A DNA stretch of 64,000 nt from positions 42,688,001 through 42,752,000 of the forward strand of contig CP068257.2 of the NCBI GenBank assembly GCA_009914755.4, written 5' to 3'. The position numbers were made by a program, and so were the translations under genes. Of this stretch, positions 1 to 13,700 are shown in pieces (the first letter of the stretch is position 1; the number at the start of each line of letters is the position of its first letter). This DNA comes from the human T2T-CHM13v2.0 reference genome, Homo sapiens. The notes beneath the pieces were generated by a model that was not told the origin of the DNA, made no database searches, and saw only the letters and a program-made list of their open reading frames with translations.

Positions 1-532
1 GGTCACCAGGCCCCCATGGGCAGCCTGCCGTCCTGAGCCCCCCTCCCCATGCCATCCCTTCACTCGGGGTTTCCCAGGTCTCATGCAGCTCCTAGCTATG
101 AGGCCGCCCCATTTTACCAAGAGCAAAACTCCGGCTGTGGGACTCTTTCCAGGATGGGGTCTGCCTCAGGCACAGGCAGCAGCGTGATGTACCGACCGCG
201 TCCGCGGCCTCGAGGCTTCCTGCTCCGCTCCAGTGCAGTCAGGCGTGCAGGCACCACGCACCTGAGCTCGGTCAACACCCCTGGGGTCCTGTCCCTCCCG
301 AGATGTGACAGAAATGGCCCCACACACGAGCGGCCTGATGCTCGGAGGCCCTGTGGCCCCTGGGTGACTCAGTGAGCGGCAGGGATAGGGCTGGATCCAC
401 AGCCCCGCCCCAAGCTTCCTGCCACCGTGGGAACCACAAGCTCCACGTTTCCCTGTCAGGTAAGCCTTTCGGAGGCAGGCCTGAAATCCCAGCCTCACTG
501 TGTCGCCTGACTAGTGAAACGAGCCCCGCGGC

Positions 533-671
533 AGGCACGCGCACCCCCCCTCAACCTCTGGGCGGGCACGCGCACCCCCCCTCAACCTCTGGGCGGGCAC
601 GCGCACCCCCCCCCCCCCCCCCCCCCCGCTCAACCTCTGGGCGGGCACGCGCACCCCTGCTCAACCTCTGG
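533..671. repeat. 31-bp tandem repeat, 4 copies (GGCACGCGCACCCCCCCTCAACCTCTGGGCG), with one copy carrying a homopolymer C-run of about 24 at 604-627
   Basis: Direct reading of the sequence. Confidence 0.9.
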
Positions 672-1851
672 ACTCGGGCTCCATCTCCTCCTCATCTCCC
701 TGTGGGGTGGGCACTTGTAATACCTCCATGTTACAGAAAGGAAACTGAGGCACAGAGAGGGCCATGCCTCGCCCAAGGTTAGCCAGCCAATAGATGGGAG
801 GGCTGAGATTTGACCCATGAGCATGCCTCCAAGCCCATTTCATTCATTCAGCAAGGCTCGGGCAGGACAGGCTGGTGCCCGCGCTGGGGATGCCTGAACA
901 CCAGATGGACTGGCCTCAGCCCATGGCGGGCAGCAGGCTGGGCACGGGCATCAACATGGCAATGCCAACCTCAGAGGGCATTACGGAGGATGGGCAGGGG
1001 CTGGCCTACCCCGTGGCTGCCTGTGAGATCAAGAAGGTAGGTCACAGTCAGGGACCAGGGGCCTGCAATACCCACTCTCAGAGGGCAAGCCCTAGAGACT
1101 TCTGAGCTGCCAGAGGGGTGGGCCTTCCCCACAGGGTTTAAACCCTTGTGAGCTTTTAAATGCGGAAACCCACAGAAGGCGCCCATCCAGCGTCTGGTGG
1201 GCAGTGGTGAGCCATGAGCGTCTGCTCCCTCCGTGGGTCCCACAGTAGGCAGGAGGGAATTCAGGGATAAAGGGAGCTCTTCTCTTCCCCAGAGCCCCCA
1301 AATACACCCCAACTGCCTGAAAGTCCAGTAACATTTGTTCATTCAAGCTTCCCTTAGTCTGCTGGGAGGGCAGTGACCCCAGAAGACGGGCACAGGTCAT
1401 GGGGTGCAGAGAAACTGGTAGGCAGTGGTGGCACTGGGGGGCAGAAGAGGCCAGGACTCTGGGGGTCCCAGGGCAGATGTGGCCACCGTGGGGGCGGCCA
1501 GGGCGGGCCACCGTGAATCCTTAGGAGGGCTCCACCACCGACTGGCCCAGTGAACACAGCAATGGCTTATCGGAGCACACAGGCCAAGGGTGGGCAGGCG
1601 TACAGCAGGGCAGGCAGGGGACAGGAGCCATCAGGAGGCCCAGGTGAGGCTCTGAGGAAGGAGGGCTGAACATGGGGGCCACAGGGTAGGCCCAGCTCTC
1701 GCTGTCCCGGCCCCTCCCCTTCTGGAAGCCGCCCTCAGTCTGTGTTGGAGGTTTCCAGGTTATGTCACAGTGCTGGGTCCCACTGGAGGGACGTGAGGCT
1801 CTGCCCCGGCTTCCAGGCCCCAGGCTGAGCATGACAGCAGGAGCGAGGTAC

Positions 1852-1898
1852 CTGAGCGTGATCACCTCCAGGCTGGGCATCTCCTGGCAAATGGAGAT
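1852..1898 (-). CDS. CFAP410: CFAP410 coding exon 3 (47 nt). Encodes ISICQEMPSLEVITL plus 2 nt.
   Basis: Minus-strand sequence is ttcttttcctcctag|ATCTCCATTTGCCAGGAGATGCCCAGCCTGGAGGTGATCACGCTCAG|gtacct. There is an in-frame TAG immediately upstream, so the exon starts here. The frame matches the ORF 1521..1880(-) peptide MPSLEVITL. Later exons are not found in the window; the gene continues beyond position 1. Confidence 0.75.
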
Positions 1899-2004
1899 CT
1901 AGGAGGAAAAGAACATGACTAGCAAGCATGGCACAGCAGGGCATCGCGGCCGCACTGCCATCAGCCACAGAGAACTGTCGAAGCCACGGCCAACCCACTT
2001 CCGG

Positions 2005-2265
2005 GGCCTGAGGGGCACGGCCTTACTCAGCCAGTGTGCCCAGGGTGAATGCCCAGGGCCTGAGGGGAGCGGCCCTGCTCAGCCAGTGTGCCCAGGGTGA
2101 ATGCCCAGGGCCTGAGGGGAGCGGCCCTGCTCAGCCAGTGTGCCCAGGGTGAATGCCCAGGGCCTGAGGGGAGCGGCCCTGCTCAGCCAGTGTGCCCAGG
2201 GTGAATGCCCAGGGCCTGAGGGGAGCGGCCCTGCTCAGCCAGTGTGCCCAGGATGAATGCCCACG
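2005..2265. repeat. 52-bp minisatellite, 5 copies (GGCCTGAGGGGAGCGGCCCTGCTCAGCCAGTGTGCCCAGGGTGAATGCCCAG)
   Basis: Direct reading. It lies 107 bp from CFAP410 exon 3, in its intron 2. Confidence 0.9.
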
Positions 2266-2896
2266 AGTATGCCAGGTTCTCCTCTGACACCACCTTGCAG
2301 CCCAGACGCCCCGCAGACTGAAGGAGAAATGTGAGGCTCCTCCTTGCACGCACTCTGTCTTTATTAAATTTTACGACAGCATCGTTGCTGTCAGATGCTG
2401 CCAGCAGTGGAGACAGAGCATTCATTACTTTAGATGCCCTCAAAGGACATCAGGTAAGGGGACCCCAATGTCCCCTACGCAGGGATAGAAAGCAAGGAAA
2501 GGATGGAAATCCCTTCTTGATAACAGGTCTAGGCCAAAAGGAAGACAGGCTTGAGACTGGATCTCAGATCACATTGGTACTGTCAATTCAGGGGTGAGGT
2601 GCCCGGGGTGGTCCACAAAGCCTCACAACCTGCAAAGCTCCCACATATGTGAGAGCCCACCATACGCCAGGCATGGCACCAGCAGCTCACAGCCTGGTCA
2701 GATGCGTCCCATGTATAAGTGACTCGTGTCTATGGACATGGTACGTTTGTATATTCACTGCTAAACATGCAGTATTTCAGTTACAGCACAAAACAGATTA
2801 CACCCAGATGCCACGTATCCAGGCTTTTTTTTGTCTTTAAGAAAAGGTACAGTTCAAATTAAAAAAACAAAGGAAAATAAAGAGATAAATAATTGC

Positions 2897-3195
2897 GCTG
2901 GACATGGTGGCTCATACCTGTAATTCCAATACTTTGCGAGGCTGAGGCAGGTGGATCACCTGAACTCAGGGGGTTTGAGACCAGCCTGGCCGACACAGTG
3001 AAACTCCATCTCTACTAAAAAGTACAAAAATTAGCCAGGCATGGTGGTGGGTGCCTGTAGTCCCAGCTACTCAAAGGCTGAGGCAGGAAAATTGCTTGAA
3101 CCCGGGAGGCGGAGGTTGCAGTGAGCCAAGATCGTGCCACTGTACTCCAGCCTGGGCAACAGAGAGAGACTCCGTGTAAAAAAAAAAAAAAAAGA
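2897..3195 (+). mobile_element. Alu SINE
   Basis: GGCTCA.ACCTGTAAT.CCA...GCCTGGGCAACAGAGAGAGACTCCGT followed by poly(A). Confidence 0.9.
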
Positions 3196-3706
3196 AAGAA
3201 ACAATTGGTATGCGATCCCTGTGTAAGTTGGGGACATTTTGGACTGAGAAAGACAATGAGGGAGAGAAGAAAAAAATCTTTCACAGACGCACACACTCAA
3301 GTTCTCCCAGCAGGGCTTATTCTCTGCCTGCCTTTGGGGCAGCGGCAAGGGGGTACAAGGCTAGATGTGACCAAGAAGAGGGGGTGTAGACCTTCAACTT
3401 CCCCGTAACAAAGTAAAACAAGCCCTCCTGGGATTCCTTTCCAGGTGAGAGCAAGTTCCAAACTATTGCTCCCCTCCTCTGCGACCAAGTGACAAAGGGT
3501 GTTTCATTTATAGGGATGTTGACGGGAACTGCAAAATAAGCCTGGCACTAGAGAATTGTTTTTCCATTAGTGGTTCTGCAGAATGAAAACCGCTAAGTGA
3601 ACAAAGTACCAAGTGTGGGACTGAATTGATAGGTGCAGTTTTGTCAACTTAAAAATTCTCTTGGGAAAGAAGCTACAACATTTGGGTTGAGGCTATTTGG
3701 AGATGA

Positions 3707-3752
3707 TCAGTGCAATACTTACATCTGTGAGGCAATACTTACATCTGTGAGG
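3707..3752. repeat. CFAP410: 23-bp tandem duplication (CAATACTTACATCTGTGAGG, 2 copies) that duplicates the donor splice site of the CFAP410 microexon
   Basis: Plus-strand sequence gcaatacttacatctgtgaggcaatacttacatctgtgaggcggctgcc. On the minus strand this reads ...CACAGAT|gtaagtattgCCTCACAGAT|gtaagtattgc. Confidence 0.85.
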
Positions 3753-3761
3753 CGGCTGCCC
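3743..3761 (-). CDS. CFAP410: CFAP410 19-nt microexon (coding exon 2). Encodes (W)GSRLTD.
   Basis: Minus-strand sequence is cttttctctccccag|GGGCAGCCGCCTCACAGAT|gtaagtatt: a strong polypyrimidine tract and AG acceptor, and a consensus GTAAGT donor. Its length of 19 nt is congruent to 1 mod 3, exactly what is needed to join the phase-2 exon 1 to the in-frame exon at 1852-1898. The peptide GSRLTD continues the recalled CFAP410 sequence. Confidence 0.7.
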
Positions 3762-4854
3762 CTGGGGAGAGAAAAGATACATACTTTAATTTTGTTAAAG
3801 TTGAATAAAAAACACTGAAGACAAAAATTCCAAAAATCACCGATGACTCCCTACAAACCTTAAGATTCTAGGATTTTAATGGCATGGCAAAAAAGGAAGG
3901 TTGCCCAGATAACTGGCAAAGGTGTAAACAATTGTTTTAGCTGATTTTCAACTAAACTGTATGTTTGACGTTGGGGTGGTACTTTTTAGATAAGGAGCAG
4001 CAGGGTTGCTCCATTTGTAAGACACAAAAAGATGAACTCTTCCTCATGGTCCCTGAGTAGCAGAAGGTTCATTTCTCTCACTGACAGACATAAACAAGGG
4101 CGTCTTTATAAGAGGCCAAGTTCAAAGGGTGAACAGGCAACTTATGAAGCAAACTTTAAAAGCCTGAAACAGGGTTGTTGTTTCTCCCAGCTTAGTGGGA
4201 GTACTGACCACCCCATGCAAAACAAAGAAATGCATTATTGAAAGCAAATGACACGGGAATTGTAGCCAAAACACCAGATATGCCAGGGCAGAGAGAAAAG
4301 CTTTTTAATTAACAGGGAAGAGCTCACTCTGGGCAGTCTGCGGACACCCCTGGGAGGAAGCGTCTGCTCTCGCTGACCCCCACACCCGCCTGCACGGTGA
4401 GGCCAGTTGACACGGCGCGGTCACTCTGCTGAGTCCCCAGGGAACCCTGGAGATCTTGCAGGCCTCAACTCCAGGCTCCCTCTTCTGGAAGCTCCTGGTC
4501 TTCCTTGGCTCAGTGAGACTCAGCATTACCTGCCTTTCAGCCTGCCTGGGTCCCACCGCACCCACGTCCCTTCCTGTCACCTGCTAGGAGTACCCTGGGA
4601 ACGGCCGCCCCCAGTACTGATTACCAACGTGTTTCCTGACTCAGTCCTGGAAAGCTCAGTTCTCTCTCCTATTCGACTTGGTCCCAGTGACTGCTGGCAA
4701 CCCCAGACAACAGACCCAGCCCACAGGGCACCCGGGGCAAAGGCGGGCCGGGAAATGGGGGGGGGCCCAGGCGACCCCGACCCCCGGCCTCCTCCCCTCC
4801 CTCACCCGCGGCTCCTTCGCCGCCCTCGCCCCTGCCCCTCCCCCCTTCCACTCC

Positions 4855-5180
4855 GCCCCCGCCCCGCCCCGCCCCGGCTCCTCCCTCCGGCTCCGCCCTC
4901 GTCCCGCCCCGGCTCCTCCCTCCGGCTCCGCCCTCGTCCCGCCCCGGCTCCTCCCTCCGGCTCCGCCCTCGTCCCGCCCCGGCTCCTCCCTCCGGCTCCG
5001 CCCTCTCCCCGCCCCGGCTCCGCCCTCTCCCCGCCCCGGCTCCGCCCTCTCCCCGCCCCGGCTCCTCCCTCCGGCTCCGCCCTCGTCCCGCCCCGGCTCC
5101 TCCCTCCGGCTCCGCCCTCTCCCCGCCCCGGCTCCTCCCTCCGGCTCCGCCCTCGCCCCGCCCCGGCTCCTCCCCCCACC
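4855..5180. repeat. CFAP410: GC-rich VNTR of 35-bp and 22-bp units (about 11 copies): GGCTCCTCCCTCCGGCTCCGCCCTCGTCCCGCCCC. It sits in CFAP410 intron 1, about 30 bp downstream of the exon 1 donor.
   Basis: Direct reading. The CFAP410 sense strand is G-rich, with GGGGCGGG runs. Confidence 0.9.
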
Positions 5181-5210
5181 CCGGGGCGGCCGCGGCCAGG
5201 CCCCGCCTCA

Positions 5211-5387
<177 letters not shown>

Positions 5388-7421
5388 TCAGGGGCGGATC
5401 CTGAGCCGATTGGCGGCTCGGTGAGGAGAGCGGGGCGACGCGAGCCCGCTGGGGCCGCTTGGGCGCCGCTGACACGTTGGCTCTGCTCCTGCTCATGCGC
5501 GGCCTGGGGCGCCCTTCTCTGACGCGATTCTAACGCGACCCCGGAAGCGCGCAGCGAGCAGAGGGTGGGTGCAGGTGGCGGTCCCCGAGTCGGCCCAGTG
5601 AGGGCTGAACTGCTGCTCCCAGGAACCGAGCGGGGTGGGCTCGGTCCGACGCGCATCATGGCCGAGTGCCTAGGCCTGACTCTGAGCGCAGGCCTAACGT
5701 GGATGGCATGGGCGCTACACGGCTCCAAGTTACGCGATTCAAACTCTTGGAATAAACCCAGGGCAGCCCTGGGGCTGTGTTGATTCCTTGTCTCCCTCCC
5801 TCCCAGCATTTACAGAAAAGACGCATTTATAGGAAAGACGCACGGGCAGGTCCAGCAGAGCCCTTACAAGCATTTCAACCTTTTAGAAATCAGATAAGAC
5901 CCTCTAAACATCGTTACATGGGCCACAGTTACATTAAGACAGGCGTTCTGACGTTCTGAAACCGCCTTTGCAAAAAATTGTATCGGTGAGAGAAGGTTGG
6001 CCTTGAAGGAGATCTGGCCAACCCCCATCTTGCCTTTGGCCTTAAAACTGCCCTTAATTATTCCTGGATAAGCAAAGGTAACTTTGGGAGACATTTATAG
6101 TTTAAGTGATAGCAGCCCTTCCTCAAAACTAAACAGCCTTTGTAAAGCTAATGAGACCACTGAAACCGCCTTTGCAAAAATCATAACTGAAGAAATTATG
6201 ACAGGGGAAGATCTCCTCACCCACCCCATCTTCCTGCTATCCTCTAAGCTGCTTTTGTTCATTCCTGGGTGTAGACCAGACTAGCCTTGGGAAGGAATTT
6301 AGTTTATAGATTAAACTGAAACAAAATTGATAATAGCCCTTTCCCAAAAAAACCCTTCTTGCCTGGGGACCAGTCTGCCTTTGTAGGACTAACAAATTAA
6401 GCTACGAGATTAAAAATTACAGTTTAGGGGCCATGCAACCTCTGGCGGCAAGAGTCTGAACCTCCCCAAATTGCTTCTGGGAATAACATCACTGTTGCAA
6501 AACTTAAGGTCAGTGCTTGAAATATTTTGTAGACCCTGCATTCAGATGCAGCAGATGACACCACCCAAACGGATAATCTGGCTCAACCATGTGTGTGATC
6601 CCACCCAGGGACAGAAGTCAGCCAGAACTCATTTTGACCCCCTATGATTTAATCTTCGACCTGACCAATCAGCACTCACCACTTTCTGAGCCCATACCCG
6701 CCAAATTATCCTTAAAAACACGGATCCCCGAATGCTTGGGGAGACTGATTTGAGTGATAATAAAACTCTGCTCTCCTGCACAGCCAGCTCTGTGTGTATT
6801 ACTCTTTCTCCATTGCAATTCCGTTGCCTTGATAAATCGGTTCTGTCTAGGCAGTGGGCAAGGCGAACCCATTGGGCGGTTACACTACCAGCCTAGAAGG
6901 ATAGAGGAGCATGAATTCCACTAAGATGCAGATGTAAACATTCGTCAGCCATTATTCTGGAGGTCACAAGATAAGCTACTTCCCCAATTACTCCTGCAGG
7001 TAACATCACTATTGTACCTTTGCAGGTTTCTTGCATGTCTCACACGGATGGATCCAGCTAAATGTCTTGCCAACAGCTCCTGTGGCCCCACCCAGAAGCC
7101 ATGCAGCACAAAAGGACCAAAAGGACAGCTAGATTTCATCTCGCACCTAACCAATCAGCACTCCCCATGCCCTAGCCCCCTGTTCACCAAACTACCTTTG
7201 AACAACCCCTAACCCATGAGCCTTCAATTGTAACCGAGCAGCTTAGCAGCTGTGAATCCAAAATATCTGAGACAGGACTCAATCTGTTTAGAAAGTTTAT
7301 TTTGTCAAGGTTAAGGACAAGCCCATGACACAGCCTCAGGAGGTCCTGATGACATGTGCCCTGGGTGGCTGGGGCACAGCTTGCTTTCATACATTTTTAG
7401 GGAGACATGAGACATCAATCA

Positions 7422-7607
<186 letters not shown>

Positions 7608-7628
7608 TTAGCTGGGCGCGGTGGTGGG

Positions 7629-8276
<648 letters not shown>

Positions 8277-9084
8277 TCATCGGTGGATAAGAGACAAAAG
8301 ATTGCATTCTTTTGAGTCCTTTCACTGAATACACAATTTGGTCTAGCTTAGTAAATCTGCATTTTTACATAAACAATAAGGCAGAGAAAGCAAACAGATA
8401 GGCATGTGTCTCCGGTGAGCAGGGGGATGACCTCCTGTCCCACACCTGTGAAGATCAGCTATCAGTTTACATTCCAGGGTGAAATTCAACAGAACTGTTT
8501 GAGGGTAAAGATCTTGAGGCCCACAAGGAATTTCCTTGTGGGCAAATTGTGAGGGAGCTTCATAGCTTTTTATCTTTGTAGCGATCTTATTTAGGAATAA
8601 AATTGGAGGCAGGTTTGCCTGATGCATTTTCCAGCTGACTTTTCCCTTGACTTAGTGATTTTAAGGTCTTGAGCTTTATATTCCTTTCACACAGCTAAGC
8701 CTCAAACCATGTTTTAAAACTTTTTCCCCTTTCCCCTTTCCTCCTCCTCCACCCTAGTCTGAAGATGTAACTGAGACAAGCTGCTTGTGTTACCTTCCAT
8801 CTTGAAATACAGCCTGGGAATGTGAACCTCCACTCCGTTCCCATCCTGTGCTCTCAGGCCTTATGCACATTTAGTTTACCTGGATGCCTGTTAAGCACAC
8901 ACCATGCTCACTTATCTGGTCATCTCTTTGCTTGGAAGCTTCAGGGGTCAGCTCCTGAAAGGGACCGGACACCTCATTCTGTCTCCAACAAGATTACTTC
9001 AAGGCCAGAACTCACTCTCGGCCTTGAAGTAATTGAGGACTAAACTCTGATTTTTCTTTTTTTATCTTGCCCAAATTCCTAAAG

Positions 9085-10150
<1,066 letters not shown>

Positions 10151-10193
10151 ATATCCCTTAGATAGGAATAGAGGCAAGAAAAAAAATCAGAGC

Positions 10194-10490
10194 TGGCCAG
10201 GCGTGGTGACTCACACCTGTAATCCCAGCACTTTGGGAGGCCAAGACGGGCAGATCACGAGGTCAGGAGATTGAGACCATCCTGGCTAACATGGTGAAAC
10301 CCCGTCTCTACTAAAAATACAAAAAATTAGCTGGGCGTGGTGGTGGGCACCTGTAGTCCCAGCTACTTGGGAGGCTGAGGCAGGAGAATGGCGTGAACCT
10401 GGAGGGCGGAGCTTGGCAGTGAGCCGAGATCGTGCCACTGCACTCCAGCCTGGGCCACAGAGCGAGAATCCACCTCAAAAAAAAAAAAAA
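10194..10490 (+). mobile_element. Alu SINE with 15-bp TSD (aaaaaaaatcagagct)
   Basis: Full dimeric Alu with poly(A). Flanking direct repeats lie at 10179-10193 and 10477-10496. Confidence 0.9.
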
Positions 10491-12397
10491 TCAGAGCTTA
10501 GTCCTCAGGTTGGTGTAAGATGTGGGATGACAGAAAAGTCTCAGAGCAGTGCCTTCTGAGCTCTTCTACACCAAGCAGGCAGAATGTTCACTGCTAATGA
10601 GGCTGGAGCTGGTCCCCAGCAGTGGTAGGAAGCTTCCAGCAGGCTCAGGCTGTGGGTGCTTGCAGGGGCACAGTGTGACGGCCACGGGCCTCAGAGCTCT
10701 GGTGGGCTCACGAAGGCTCCACTGGACCTACGTCACAGCCTTGGCCCCCTGCCCAGCCCTGGGCCTCCCTTCTTACAGGGGGTGAGTTAGGCACGCTGCT
10801 CCCCAGTAAATCTCAGGGGGCTACACACAGAGCCTGCTTCCCAGAGACACGCAGAGTGGGGGACACAGGAGCTTCCTGTCGAGTCTTTGAAGCAAGGCCA
10901 CCACCGCCATCACCAGGCACACAGGGCCGACACCCGCTTTGTGGTTTCAGCCAGTGGGTCGGGGTTTCTGGCTTGCAGCTAGGGATACTGCTGAGGACAA
11001 GGTACCATGGATCAACCGCTGCTCCCTCCTGCCCTGACAGCTGGGAGCTCTGCAGGGCTCAGCAGGGCAGGCTCACCCCCAACTCATGCAAACGCTATCC
11101 TGATGACACCTGCTGCTGAGTCCCATGCGCCCCAGGCCCCGTCCTTGTCTCTTCTTTCCTCCACCACCTTCGCCCCATAGGTGACACCCCCAGTCCAGAC
11201 CCCCTCCAGGCCGATACCCTAGTCACCTGCATTGCATAACAAATCACCCCCAGACTTAGCAGCTCACAATAGACATCGCTGTCTCCCGGTTTCTGAGGCT
11301 CAGGCATCTGGAGCAGCTGAGCTGCATGGCTGGGCTCAGCCTCCTGGGAGGGAAAGGGGGGCCGTCTCTGAGGACCTGGCTGAGGTCTCCTAGCTGCCCC
11401 ACAAGCTGTCGGTGGGAGGCTTCGCTCCCTGCAACATGGCCTCTCACAACATGGCCTCCCAAGGAGTGAGGGATGAGGGGGGCAGGGAGAGGGGGAGAGG
11501 AGGAGAGGGAGACAAATGGAGAGTCAGCAAACATGCTCCGGAGCTGAAGTTTTCATGATCTCGGAGTGACCACCTCTCCCCTGCCCATGTTGCTGGCCTC
11601 GCCACCCACCTGGTACGACTCAGGGGCAGAACCTGGTCCACCCTGGAGGCTCTGGGCTCCACACCACATCCCTGAGGCAAACTTTGGAACTCCTCGGGTG
11701 GCAGGTGCAGCACACCCCTCCCAGATGCCCTTGGGAACTCGAATCTTCTCCCTTGGTCTCAGGAGCCAGTGCGGTGGGTAGCCTGCCTGACCCCCTGCTG
11801 ACCGAGGACCTCCCCACCGGCTGGTGCTGCAGATGGTTCAGATTCCTGTGGCAGGTCAGAGCCAGGCCTGGGAGAAGGGACAGGCAGCACGTGTTGATTT
11901 ACATTTTTTCAGTGTCCTGAGAGGTCTTCAGGCCTCGTGGTCATTTCCAGCTCCGTTCTCGTAATTGCCATTCTGGGAGCCATTGGCGCAAGGGCACCTG
12001 GCACAGAGAGTTTACAGTGGCCACGCTGGCTGCAGTCTTTACCCTGGCGTGGCATCCATCGCTGTCCTTTCACATTTTAAGAACAGTTCTGCTGTATATT
12101 TCCAGAATGCAGATGACTCTGTGGACTCCAGAGATGAAAAGAAACATGTCTGTTCCCTCAGCCTGAAGCCCTGCTCTAGACCAGGTGTCGGCAAACTGCA
12201 GCCCACTGGCTAGATTGGGCCCGCCATCTGTTTGCAAATAAAGGTTTTTCTTTCTTTCTTTCTTTCTTTTTGAGATGGAGTCTCACTCTGTCACCCAGGC
12301 TGGAGTGCAAGGGCCTGATCTTGGGTCACTGCAACCTCCCCATCCTGGGTTTAAGTGATTCTCCTGCCTCAGGCTCCTGAGTAGGTGGGACTATAGG

Positions 12398-12807
12398 TGT
12401 CAGGCCTCTGAGCCCAAGCTAAACCATCATATCCCCTGTGACCTGCACGTATACATCCAGATGGTCTGAAGTAACTGAAGAATCACAAAAGAAGTGAAAA
12501 TGGCCTTAACTGATGACATTACCTTGATTCCTGCCTTAACTGATGACATTACCTTGTGAAATTCCTTCTCCTGGCTCAGAAGCTCCCCCACTGAGCATCT
12601 TGTGACCCCCACCCCTGCCCGCAAGAGAACAACCCCCTTTGACTGTAATTTTCCACAACCTACCCAAATCCTATAAAACAGCCCCACCCCTATCTCCCTT
12701 TGCTGACTCTCTTTTCGGACTCAGCCCACCTGCACCCAGGTGAAATAAACAGCCCTGTTGCTCACTCAAAGCCTGTTTGATGGTCTCTTCACACGGACAC
12801 ACGTGAC
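12398..12807 (+). mobile_element. Solo LTR7 (HERV-H LTR), plus orientation, inserted into a minus-oriented Alu
   Basis: Starts TGTCAGGCCTCTGAGCCCAAGC. It contains AACTGATGACATT twice, TTTGCTGACTCTCTTTTCGGACTCAGCCCACCTGCACCCAGGTGAAATAAACAGCC, and ends ...CACACGGACACACGTGACA. There is a 5-bp ATAGG target-site duplication. The host Alu halves are at 12246-12397 and 12808-12968. Confidence 0.8.
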
Positions 12808-12984
12808 AATAGGCATGCACCACCATGTTCGGCTAATTTTTTGTATTTTATTAGAGACAGGGTTTCACCATTTTGGCCAGGCTGATTTCAAACTCCTGGC
12901 CTCAACTAATCTGCCCGCCTCAGCCTCCCAAAGTGCTGGGATTACAGACGTGAGCCACCGTGCCCAGTCCGCAAAGTTTAATTA

Positions 12985-13700
12985 ATATTAGTGCCCAGCT
13001 ATACTGTATTTGTTCATTCTTGCATTGCTATTAAAAAACCCCTCAGATTGGGTAATTTATAAGGAAAGAGGCCTAACTGGCTTACGGTCCTGCAGGCTGT
13101 ACAGGAGGCATGGTGGCTTCTGCTTCTGGGGAGGCTTCAGAAGCTTCCGATCATGATAGAAGGCAAAGCGGGCAGGTGTCTCACATGGCAGGAGTAAGAG
13201 AGAGAGACAGGGGCAGGTGCCACACACTTAAACGACCAGATCTTGCAAGAACTTACTCACTATTACGGGAACAGCACCAAGAGGATGGTGTTCAATCATT
13301 CATGAGAAATGCCTCCTTGATCCAATAACCTTCCACACTGTGGATTACAATTTTTTTGAGACAGAGTCTCGCTCTGTTGCCCAGGCTGGAGTTCAGTGGC
13401 ACGATCTCGGTTCACAGCAACCTCTGTCTCTTGGGTTCAAGTGATTCTCCTGCCTCAGCCTCCGAGTAGCTGGGATTACAGGCGCACACCACCACGCCTG
13501 GCTAATTTTTGTATTTTTAGTAGAGATGGGGTTTCACCATTGGACAAGGCTGGTCTTGAACTCCTGACCTCAAGTGATCTGCCTGCCTCGGCCTCCCAAA
13601 GTGCTGGGATTACAGGTGTGAGCCACTGTGCCTGGCCTGGGGATTACAATTTGACATGACATTTGGGTGGGGCACAGAGCCAATCCACGTAACATACTGA
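12985..13700 (-). mobile_element. THE1/MST-type MaLR LTR in reverse orientation, split by an Alu at 13351-13637
   Basis: Contains the reverse complement of the THE1 consensus: GGGTAATTTATAAGGAAAGAGG...CATGGTGGCTTCTGCTTCTGGGGAGGCTTCAGAAGCTTCC...GGATTACAATTT[Alu]...ACATTTGGGTGGGGCACAGAGCCAATCCA. The Alu carries the TSD ggattacaattt. Confidence 0.6.
13351..13637 (-). mobile_element. Alu SINE
   Basis: Poly(T) followed by GAGACAGAGTCTCGCTCTGTTGCCCAGGCTGGAGT...GGCCTCCCAAAGTGCTGGGATTACAGG. TSD ggattacaattt. Confidence 0.9.

Noticed and set aside
1-1851. A search for the next CFAP410 exon (VNSISTLEPVSRCQ...) on the minus strand
   Set aside because: No minus-strand translation in 1-1851 matches. The remaining exons most likely lie upstream of the window start, so no feature is reported.
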